A stretch of 43,769 bases of DNA from Frankiales bacterium (lineage in GTDB: Bacteria > Actinomycetota > Actinomycetes > Mycobacteriales > SCTD01): assembly GCA_025464795.1 (NCBI GenBank), contig JAODNB010000316.1, positions 1 to 43,769 on the forward strand, in the 5' to 3' direction. Shown here piece after piece: positions 27,574 through 35,698 of this stretch. Numbering within the stretch: position 1 is the stretch's first letter; each line of letters opens with the position of its first letter. The translations under genes were made by a program, and so were the position numbers. Under the pieces are notes generated by a model. It had not been told where the DNA came from and made no database searches. It worked only from the letters and a program-made list of their open reading frames with translations.

Positions 27574-28707
27574 TTGCCTGCACCGCACCTTGGTCCTGCC
27601 CGTCGCACCCTCCTGGGCCTCGTCGCCGCGACGGCGGCCGTGACGAGTGTCGGGTTCGTCGCGGCACCCGTCGCGCACGCCGACATCGCCCAGCAGATCC
27701 GCAGCAGCCAGGCCAAGCTCGCCCAGCTCAACAGACAGGCGGAGGCTGCTGCCGAGCGGTACGACGCCGGCCGCGAGGTGCTGGCGACGGCGCAGTTCAA
27801 CGCGGCTCAGGCCAAGGCCGCGCTGGTCAAGGAGTCAGCAGCCCTCGCGGGCATGCGACGACAGATCGGTGCTGTCGCTGCCTCCGCCTACATCAACGGA
27901 ACCGCGGGTCCCACCCTTCGCTTGATGGCGGGGAACAGTCCCGGCCTGCTGCTGGACCAGATCGGCACGCTCGACCACATCTCCAAGGTCCAGGACAGGG
28001 TCCTTGGCGCGCTGGCCACCGCACGGCATCGAGAGGCCGCCGTCGCCGGCGATGCACGAAGAGCAGCCTCTGACGCCGCCGCCGCGTTCGCTGCGCTCGC
28101 CGCCAGCAAGGCGCAGGTCGTGTCGGCGGCGGTGCAGGCTCAGCAAGTCCTGAAGGCGCTCGAGGTCACGCAGCAGCAGCTGGTCGCGGCGGCCCGCTCG
28201 GCTGCTGAGCGGCGCGCCGCCGTAGCGGCTGCCGCCGACCTCGCCGCCCAGTCGCACGCAGCCGCGGCCGCCTCGGCGAGCTTCATCGCCCAGCCGGTCT
28301 CTCCCGAGCCCGCACCCGCTACGGCCCCGCCGCCCCATCACTACAGCGGTGGCGCAGCCCAAGTCGCTGTCAGCGCAGCTCGCGACCAGCTGGGCAAGCC
28401 GTACGAGTACGGAGCTGCCGGACCGAACTCTTTCGACTGCTCGGGCCTGACGATGTACGCCTACTCGCAGGCCGGGATCAGCATTCCTCATCACGCGGCC
28501 GACCAGTACAACCAAGGCCGCCACGTCGCACGGTCCGACCTTCAGCCCGGCGACCTGGTGTTCTTCGACAATCTGGGACACGTTGGGATCTACGTCGGCA
28601 GCGGCCAGTTCATCCACGCACCCCACAGCGGCACCGACGTGCAGTACGGCTCCATGGCCGGCTACTGGGAGCAGCACTACGACGGCGCTGTTCGTCTCGC
28701 CGGCTGA
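27574..28707 (+). CDS. RipA-like peptidoglycan endopeptidase (N-terminal coiled coil + C-terminal NlpC/P60)
   Basis: Signal peptide, long Ala/Gln-rich coiled-coil region, and an NlpC/P60 core GKPYEYGAAGPNSFDCSGL...GHVGIYVGSGQFIHAP. TTG start. Confidence 0.85.
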   Translation: MPAPHLGPARRTLLGLVAATAAVTSVGFVAAPVAHADIAQQIRSSQAKLAQLNRQAEAAAERYDAGREVLATAQFNAAQAKAALVKESAALAGMRRQIGAVAASAYINGTAGPTLRLMAGNSPGLLLDQIGTLDHISKVQDRVLGALATARHREAAVAGDARRAASDAAAAFAALAASKAQVVSAAVQAQQVLKALEVTQQQLVAAARSAAERRAAVAAAADLAAQSHAAAAASASFIAQPVSPEPAPATAPPPHHYSGGAAQVAVSAARDQLGKPYEYGAAGPNSFDCSGLTMYAYSQAGISIPHHAADQYNQGRHVARSDLQPGDLVFFDNLGHVGIYVGSGQFIHAPHSGTDVQYGSMAGYWEQHYDGAVRLAG

Positions 28708-28837
28708 CCTCGAGATCTCCACTTCTTTTCTGCCGACCCGCGCCTGTGCGGAGCCTGAGTCCTACCGAGCAGATCGGCGGTCTACACGGGCCTCAGCAGC
28801 CCTAGGGTCGTAGGTCGGGGTACGACGAAGGAGGCGT

Positions 28838-31108
28838 ATGCGCAACCACGGGCCGAGGCCCCGTGGACCGGCGGTCTTGGCCCTTGTGAGTCTGTCCAGC
28901 CTGGTCCTTGCAGGCATCTTGGCGCCCGTCGTCATCGGCCTCGGCCTGATCGGCCAGAGCGCAGCCGATCAGTTCGAACACCTGCCCGCCCGCCTGCCCC
29001 AGGTCGTGCTGGCCCAGCGGAGTGTTCTGCTCGACAGCACCGGAAAGGCGCTGGCCGTCATGCACGGGCCGGAAGATCGGACCGTTGTTTCACTGGGTGC
29101 CGTTGCCCCTGTGGTGCAGCAGGCGATCGTGGCCGTTGAGGACGCCCGGTTCTACCTCCACCACGGGGTCGACTTCCGTGCGCTGCTGCGCGCCGCGGTT
29201 CACAACAGCCGAGGAGGCAACGAGCAGGGCGCTTCGACGCTCACGGAGCAGTACGTCAAGCTCGCGCTGCTCGAAGGCGCACTCACACCCGCCCAGCGGG
29301 CGGCGGTCACCAGCCGCACCAGCTACCAGCGCAAGCTGCGGGAGGCTCGGCTTGCTCTGGCGCTGGAGCATCGAGAGACCAAGCAGCAGATCCTGACCGA
29401 CTACCTGAACATCGCCTACTTCGGCGAAGGCGCCTACGGGATCGCCACCGCATCACACCACTACTTCGGCATCCCGCCGTCGCGTCTGACCCTCCCTGAG
29501 GCCGCGCTCCTTGCAGGGATGGTCAACTCTCCATCGCTGTTCGATCCAGAGCGGCATCCTCAGGCGGCCATCGCACGGCGCACGATCGTCCTCACCCGGA
29601 TGCTGAACGAGCACATGATCACCAGAACCCAGTGGCGTGCGGCCGATACGGCGCGGCTAGGAGTGAAACGACAGCCTTCCAAGACGGTCGTCGACGCCTG
29701 CGAGGCCTCGACGGCGCCCTTCTACTGCGACTGGGTTCGGGCGCAGCTGCGTGCCGATGAGCGACTAGGTTCCACCCAAGCCCTGCGTGACCGATCCTTG
29801 TTCACGGGCGGCCTCACCATCAGGACAACCCTCGACCCCGTCGTACAGGCGGCCGCGCAGCGCGCGGTAGACGCCACGGTACCGAGATCTGACCACGCGA
29901 CAGCCATCATCGTGATCGTCGAACCGGGAACCGGCAAGGTCCTGGCGATGGCTGCCAACCGCAGCTATGCACCTGGCCCTGGCCCCGAGCACACCCGACT
30001 CGGCTACCTCGGTTACCGACCCATCTTCCAAGGCGGAAGCACGTTCAAGGTCTTCACCCTTGTGACGGCGCTCCAGCAAGGACTCCCGCTCTCCACGAGC
30101 TTCTACGCCCCGAGGTGTCTCAAGCCTGACCCCACGCTGTGGGACGTCCCTACGGTCAAAGTCGGCAGCAACTGCCCCGGGGGGTACCAGAACAGCGACC
30201 CAGCTGAGGCCGCCACATATGACGCCGTCGCTGGGACCTGGAAGTCCGTGAACACCTACTACATCCAGCTCGAAGAGCGCCTGGGCATTCTCCCGATCAT
30301 CGCCACGGCCGAGTCCCTCGGGATACGAAGAGCGGCGTTCGCTTCCCTCAGCCCCCGATCGTTGTCGCTCACCCTCGGTGCCGTTGACGGCGTGAGCCCT
30401 CTCGAAGAGGCCTCTGCCTACGCAGCCCTGGCGGCCCACGGCAAGTATTGCGACCCGTACGGCGTCGTGACCATCGCCCGACCTGGAACGACGCGACAAG
30501 ACCTGGTCAATTCACAGAGCTGCAGGCAAGCCCTCGAACCGCAGATCGCCGACACCGTCACGGGCGTCCTACGCGGCGTCCTCGAGCAGCACGGCGCGAC
30601 CGCATTCGGCAAGGGGCTACCCGGTCGCGACGCAGCCGGCAAGACCGGCACGCTGAACAACGAGGCCGCTGCATGGTTCGTAGGCTTCACCACCCAACTG
30701 GCCGGTGCCGTCGTCATTGGAGACCCGAACGGACCCTCCCGACCGTTGGGAGTCGTACAAGGCGTCAGTCCGGTCTACGGCGGAACCCTGCCTGCGCTGA
30801 TCTGGCAAAGAGCAATGACCGAGGCTTCCGGTGCGCTGCCCCTCATTGCCCTTCCAGACGCGATCGGGGTGACCCGTCCCACGCAGGCACCGACGTTCAT
30901 CACTCCCACGACCCCGTCGCCTCACGCGCCTTCACCGGCTCCAACGCCAGTGCCAACACCGATCACAACGCGTGGGACCACCCCGCCGCCATCACCCGGT
31001 CGCACTCCAGGCGGGTCTGGGTCGGCCAGCCCGGGGTTCAGGACCAGACCGCCGCGACCAGCAACAGCGCGCGCCCTGCGCCGTCCGTCTAGTCGCAACC
31101 GCGGGTAG
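28838..31108 (+). CDS. class A penicillin-binding protein (GT51 transglycosylase + transpeptidase)
   Basis: GAAGGAGG Shine-Dalgarno, TM anchor, VEDARFYLHHGVD, GASTLTEQY, STFK (SxxK), SVN (SxN), KTGT. Pro/Thr/Ser-rich C-terminal tail. Confidence 0.9.
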   Translation: MRNHGPRPRGPAVLALVSLSSLVLAGILAPVVIGLGLIGQSAADQFEHLPARLPQVVLAQRSVLLDSTGKALAVMHGPEDRTVVSLGAVAPVVQQAIVAVEDARFYLHHGVDFRALLRAAVHNSRGGNEQGASTLTEQYVKLALLEGALTPAQRAAVTSRTSYQRKLREARLALALEHRETKQQILTDYLNIAYFGEGAYGIATASHHYFGIPPSRLTLPEAALLAGMVNSPSLFDPERHPQAAIARRTIVLTRMLNEHMITRTQWRAADTARLGVKRQPSKTVVDACEASTAPFYCDWVRAQLRADERLGSTQALRDRSLFTGGLTIRTTLDPVVQAAAQRAVDATVPRSDHATAIIVIVEPGTGKVLAMAANRSYAPGPGPEHTRLGYLGYRPIFQGGSTFKVFTLVTALQQGLPLSTSFYAPRCLKPDPTLWDVPTVKVGSNCPGGYQNSDPAEAATYDAVAGTWKSVNTYYIQLEERLGILPIIATAESLGIRRAAFASLSPRSLSLTLGAVDGVSPLEEASAYAALAAHGKYCDPYGVVTIARPGTTRQDLVNSQSCRQALEPQIADTVTGVLRGVLEQHGATAFGKGLPGRDAAGKTGTLNNEAAAWFVGFTTQLAGAVVIGDPNGPSRPLGVVQGVSPVYGGTLPALIWQRAMTEASGALPLIALPDAIGVTRPTQAPTFITPTTPSPHAPSPAPTPVPTPITTRGTTPPPSPGRTPGGSGSASPGFRTRPPRPATARALRRPSSRNRG

Positions 31109-32321
31109 AGACCGCTCCGGTCGCACCGCGGCCTGCTGCCAGATCGGGCGCGACCTCGCCGGTTGTGAGCGCATACCCCTCATCGGCGGTGTCGGTGCTC
31201 GCCGCGAAGACGACCCCGTCAACGAGCCCGAGCGGCGTGAGCAAAGGCCCACCAGAGTTACCCGGCCGGATGTTCGCCCGGAGTGAGTAGATGTCACGGG
31301 TCACCGTCGCCTGTTGGTAGATGTCTGGTCCACTGATCTGCTGTCGGCCTTCGACGCGGGCTGGGACGGCCGTGAACGGCCCGTTCTCCGGGTAGCCGAC
31401 GACAACCCCGCTCGCGCCGCGCTGCGCCGTTCCCGCGAAACTCAGTGGCTTCCGGGCGAGTCCGGGGACGGCGACGATCGCCACGTCACGGCGGGAGTCG
31501 AACAGCACCACCCGACCAGTCAGAGTCCGACTGTCCGGGCCGGGGGTCGTCACGGTGAGACTGCGGAGACCCGCGACAACATGAGCGTTCGTCATGATGT
31601 GGTCAGGACTGATGACGAAGCCGCTGCCCTCTGACTGCCGCGAACACTCCGGGGCCTCCCCGACGATCTTCACGACACTTGACCCTGCCGCACGCAGGGC
31701 GCCGGGGACGACACCCGCGTCAGGCGGCGCAACGGGAGCGAGCAGCTGAGGCAACGACCCAAGTGGGTCAGTCAGCGCTGGGAAGCTGTGCGCCTCGAGG
31801 CCGTGCAGCAAGGCTGTGAACTGTCCACGCGCGCCCGTGGGGACGAACACGTTGACGACCGCCAAGACCTTACTGCGGTGGATCTGCCGGGCGACACTCC
31901 GGTACGGGGCCGTCCCCAGTGCGGTCCCGATCATCCATGCGATCAGCAACACCCCCAACACTGACAGCGTGGCGCCACCGGCTCCGTCCACCAGACCGAC
32001 CGGTGTCATTCGCAGCGCCTGACGTATCGGCGCCGCGACTCGACCAGCGATGTACTCAGCCGCGACCGCTACCGCGAGAACCACCACGACGGTCAGTGCG
32101 CGCTGCAGCACCGCCTTGTCGGCTGCGAGCGTGCTTCGCTGCGCAGTCAGGAGTGCGTTCACCAAGGACGGCGCGACCCGGGAGCCAACGATCGCGCCGA
32201 GAACGAACCCGGCACTGCTGAACAGGCTGTAGAGCAACCCGCGCCGGTAGCCGCGGACGGCGGACAGGGCTGCCAGCACAAGAAGAACAACATCGAGCGT
32301 GTCACCACGCGACGGCTGCAT
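31089..32321 (-). CDS. marP: MarP-family membrane serine protease (CvpA-like TM domain + trypsin-like domain)
   Basis: GGGAGGAG Shine-Dalgarno before the ATG at 32321. Four TM helices, then GSGFVISPDHIMTNAHVV (His), RDVAIVAV (Asp), GNSGGPL (Ser). Confidence 0.85.
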   Translation of the reverse strand: MQPSRGDTLDVVLLVLAALSAVRGYRRGLLYSLFSSAGFVLGAIVGSRVAPSLVNALLTAQRSTLAADKAVLQRALTVVVVLAVAVAAEYIAGRVAAPIRQALRMTPVGLVDGAGGATLSVLGVLLIAWMIGTALGTAPYRSVARQIHRSKVLAVVNVFVPTGARGQFTALLHGLEAHSFPALTDPLGSLPQLLAPVAPPDAGVVPGALRAAGSSVVKIVGEAPECSRQSEGSGFVISPDHIMTNAHVVAGLRSLTVTTPGPDSRTLTGRVVLFDSRRDVAIVAVPGLARKPLSFAGTAQRGASGVVVGYPENGPFTAVPARVEGRQQISGPDIYQQATVTRDIYSLRANIRPGNSGGPLLTPLGLVDGVVFAASTDTADEGYALTTGEVAPDLAAGRGATGAVSTRGCD

Positions 32322-32545
32322 GACTCCTCCCGCGCGCACATTGCAGTCAACAGCCAGTGGGACGACGCAACCTGTCATGAAGTTCCCTGCCACGTGGAAC
32401 GACCGCTCTGTGGTGGTCGTCACGGCGCGCGATGGCGGGTTGCGCGAAAGGCGCGGTTACGTTGGACATACGACGCCTTGCACGCCCGACGCATTCTGGC
32501 GCGGTCTGCCTCCCGCGACTCCGGCCCCACTCTTGAGGAGCCTCC

Positions 32546-33268
32546 TTGCACACGTCTGCACCGCCCGATCCTGACCCGCGAACGACCAGCCGTCCACTGA
32601 CGAACCGTTTCCGACCTGACTTCAAGCGAGCAATGTTGTTCGGAGCCGCAGCGCTCGCCGTGGCGTCGGCCGTGCACCAGTACGAGGACCTCAGCTGGAA
32701 CTCACCCGTCGAAGCCCTCGCCGTCATCGCCAGCGCGGCGGCATTCGTCGCCCTCGCCGTCCTCACAGTGCGCAGCGCAGCCATTGAAGTCGCCAACGTC
32801 AGCAGAGTCCGCTTCGGTGACGCCCACGCCAATGTGGTCGGGCTCCTGGTCACTCTCGGCGGCTACGCACTGACGGCGTTCGCGATGCTTGCCGTGCTCG
32901 GCGTATCACCGGCGCGGCTGCTCGTGTCCGGAGCGGTCACGGGGGTCATCCTCGGTGTAGCGGCGCAGCAGTCGCTGGGCAACGTCGTCGCAGGCATAGT
33001 GCTGCTCCTGAACCGACCCTTCCAGGTTGGGCATGACATCACTGTTCGCAGCGGCGCCCTCGCCGGCCCGTACTCGGGCCGCGTCGTGAGCATCGGCCTC
33101 ACCTATGTTCACCTGCAGACCAGCGACGGGCTCGTCCTGCTGCCGAACTCTGGTGTTCTTGCAGCCGCTGTCGGACCCACGCTGCGACCCCAGCGGCGCG
33201 ACCGACACGACGCCTCCAGCAGCCTCGCAACGGACGAGCGAGGGGGGTCAAGCGCGCCACAGGAATGA
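32546..33268 (+). CDS. small-conductance mechanosensitive channel (MscS family)
   Basis: 3 TM helices, pore-lining GVILGVAAQQSLGNVVAGIVLLLNRPFQVGD-type motif and a beta-domain. TTG start with a GAGGAG Shine-Dalgarno. Confidence 0.8.
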   Translation: MHTSAPPDPDPRTTSRPLTNRFRPDFKRAMLFGAAALAVASAVHQYEDLSWNSPVEALAVIASAAAFVALAVLTVRSAAIEVANVSRVRFGDAHANVVGLLVTLGGYALTAFAMLAVLGVSPARLLVSGAVTGVILGVAAQQSLGNVVAGIVLLLNRPFQVGHDITVRSGALAGPYSGRVVSIGLTYVHLQTSDGLVLLPNSGVLAAAVGPTLRPQRRDRHDASSSLATDERGGSSAPQE

Positions 33269-33827
33269 CACGTAGGGCTACCAGCTCGCTGTCGCTTTGG
33301 ATGCGTTTCCTTATCCCCTGGCGATCTGCAGCCTCTGCGAGCTCAGCGACCAACCTCGCGAGCCAAGCGCTCAGCGCGGCGCCGATTCGTGGTTGAGTGC
33401 GCCGCGGTCACATCTGTTCAGTTCCGCACCCGCTGGGGTGAAATAGACCTACTTGTCCGAAAGGGCCTCTCTGCGGTTAACATAGCTGCACGCGTGCTGC
33501 GGGACACCGTGCGCCTCGCGAGGTGGTTGAGCAGCACTCAGCCGTCTCTATGCATCGGAGTGCCCATGTCACACCTCGTCGGCTTGCTCAGCCTTCAGGC
33601 ACGGGCTCGACGTAATGCCAAAATGCACCTGGTCGCCTTGCGTAGATCTCATGCTGACGCAGAACAAGGTCAGCGGCTGTTGCAGGACCATGCCGGACGC
33701 CGCCCAGCTTCTGATGGCGGATCTCAATCAGCCCAGCCAGCGTCGGAGTCCTGAGCCCGGGCTCGGATCGTGGCCGATTGACGTAGCCGGGGCTGACATG
33801 CGCCTGACAACTGCGAGACTGATGCAC

Positions 33828-34256
33828 ATGAGCACCCCAGACACCAGTGACATCCGAGCTTGGGCCAAGGATCAGGGCATGCCCGTGTCAGAGCGGGGTC
33901 GGCTCCCCAAGGACATCGTCGCCGCTTACGAGAAGACCCATCGCAGAGGCCAGGCAGGCAAGAAGGAAGCATCTACGAAGACCAACGCCACAAAACCACC
34001 GCCGAACAAGGGCGCGGTCGGGAAGTCACCGACCGCCAAGATCGCCCCGGCCTCCCAGCTGAGGCCTGTGAGCGCATCCGAGCGGGCCAAAACGGTCACG
34101 CAAATGCCTGTCAGCGCACCCGTGGACGGAGCACTTGAGCGTCGGGTGGCAGAGCTGGAGGAGCAGGTCCTTTCCCTCACGCAACGCCTCGACGCGGCCG
34201 TGGTCGCGCTTACCAAGCGCGGCGGCAGGACATTCTCTTTGCCCCGGCGTAAGTAG
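33828..34256 (+). CDS. Lsr2 DNA-binding-domain protein with the domain at the N-terminus
   Basis: IRAWAKDQGMPVSERGRLPKDIVAAYEKTH matches the Lsr2 C-terminal DNA-binding domain, including its RGR AT-hook-like motif. It is followed by a Lys/Pro/Ala-rich linker and a predicted coiled coil (RRVAELEEQVLSLTQRLDAAV). The start could also be 33798 or 33822. Confidence 0.65.
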   Translation: MSTPDTSDIRAWAKDQGMPVSERGRLPKDIVAAYEKTHRRGQAGKKEASTKTNATKPPPNKGAVGKSPTAKIAPASQLRPVSASERAKTVTQMPVSAPVDGALERRVAELEEQVLSLTQRLDAAVVALTKRGGRTFSLPRRK

Positions 34257-34313
34257 CCCACTCTGACGCCGCCGGCCGGACTTTGGCAGGACAACTGCTG
34301 CCCTCCATGAACC

Positions 34314-34580
34314 GTGGACAGCGCCAGCCTGGGCCGGCCGCGAATACTGACACCAAGTGCTCTGCCCGGCCTAGGGCCGGTGAAGAACCAGCTGTCATTT
34401 CCACGTCATGACCCGCTCGGCAGCCCTGAAAGGCCGGACCTGCTTGCGAAGCGTGCCGCCTCTTGGCACGTGACCCCTCGAGTCAAGAAGGGCCAGAAGG
34501 AGCAATACGAGATCGTCTTCGCCGGAACCAAGTCTTACAAGCCGTCGCACAGCAGCGTCCTCACGGTCACCGTCAGCTAG
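34314..34580 (+). pseudogene. possible gene remnant (C-terminal beta-strand-like fragment)
   Basis: The ORF ends in ..KEQYEIVFAGTKSYKPSHSSVLTVTVS and is followed at once by a strong hairpin. The N-terminal two thirds look non-coding. Weak call. Confidence 0.2.
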
Positions 34581-34592
34581 CCGCATCCCGCT

Positions 34593-34641
34593 GCGCAGAG
34601 GCGAGGGCCGCGCCCAGCGGCGCGGTTGCTCGCCTCTGCGC
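34593..34641 (+). terminator. long compound GC-rich hairpin (terminator-like)
   Basis: GCGCAGAGGCGAG ... CTCGCCTCTGCGC is a perfect 13-bp outer stem. It encloses an inner CCGCGCC/GGCGCGG stem. Confidence 0.5.
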
Positions 34642-34839
34642 TCTATCTAGGACTTCGGCACTCCGTGTAACAAGAAGATCACGGGGCGCGCAGCCGAACG
34701 AAAGATCCCCGACAGGTTGACGCTGGACCTCTTCTCTCTGCAGTCGGTACAGCGGCGGTTGGGGCAGCGCAGCCGCTGAACCACTAGGCCTTCACGCCCT
34801 AGCACCATCACCAGCACGTCCGCATGCGATCCTCGTCGT

Positions 34840-35505
34840 ATGTCCAACGTCCTGCTCGTCGAAGATGACCACACGCTTCGTGACGTGCTAGCACGGGCCC
34901 TCCGCGAGGATGGGCTGACCGTTACCACTGCTAGCGACGGCAAAGCCGCCCTCGCCAGTACCGAGCTTCGGACGGACGTCATCGTCCTCGATATCGGGCT
35001 GCCCGATGCCGACGGCCGCGATGTGTGTCTCGCCCTCCGTGCCCGAGGCATCAAGGCCCCCGTCTTGTTCCTCACTGCGAAGGAGGCCGTCCATGAGCGC
35101 CTCGCAGGGTTCGCAGCAGGCGGCGACGACTACCTGACCAAGCCGTTTCACCTCGCAGAGCTGCTGGCACGACTGCGCGTACTACTGCGGCATTCCGAGA
35201 ACAGGACGACCTCTACCGTTAGCGGTCTAATACTCAACCCGGCCCTGCACGCCTTGACGCATGACGGGCACACGGTGTTGCTGTCGCCTACCGAGTTCCG
35301 GTTGCTCGCGGCGTTGCTTGGTCGCCAGAACGAGGTCGTTCGCCGCCGCGAGCTGCTACGTGCGGGCTGGCCGGACGGCGCCATCGTGCACGAGAACACC
35401 CTCGACCAGTACATCGCCCGCATCCGACGCAAACTCGAGCAGGTCGCGTCCACCGACCGCGTAGAGACCATACGAGGAGTTGGCTACCGCGCCACCTGCC
35501 CCTGA
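34840..35505 (+). CDS. OmpR/PhoB-family response regulator (no cognate kinase in window)
   Basis: Receiver domain LLVEDD, VLDIGLPDADG (phospho-acceptor Asp), LTAK, YLTKPF. Winged-helix C-terminus LSPTEFRLLAAL..., IETIRGVGYR. Confidence 0.9.
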   Translation: MSNVLLVEDDHTLRDVLARALREDGLTVTTASDGKAALASTELRTDVIVLDIGLPDADGRDVCLALRARGIKAPVLFLTAKEAVHERLAGFAAGGDDYLTKPFHLAELLARLRVLLRHSENRTTSTVSGLILNPALHALTHDGHTVLLSPTEFRLLAALLGRQNEVVRRRELLRAGWPDGAIVHENTLDQYIARIRRKLEQVASTDRVETIRGVGYRATCP

Positions 35506-35698
35506 CGTCCCCACCCCACGAGCAGCGACCCTCCTCACCTGCCGAGCGCCACAACGGCTTCATGTCAGACCCCGCAGGGGAAGTGAGACGAGTGCTGAAT
35601 TTGCGGTGGCTGACAGCCCCCTGAACCACCTTGACTGGCGTAGTCCCAGATGGGCGTGGCGCGGCGAGCCGAAGTGCCCCTCTGCCTATCCTGACGCC

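Noticed and set aside
33389-33754. 121-aa plus-strand ORF and the upstream extension of the Lsr2-like ORF (33615-33827)
   Set aside because: Third-position bias is poor, the composition is not protein-like, and there is no motif. The Lsr2-like similarity begins only at about 33840.
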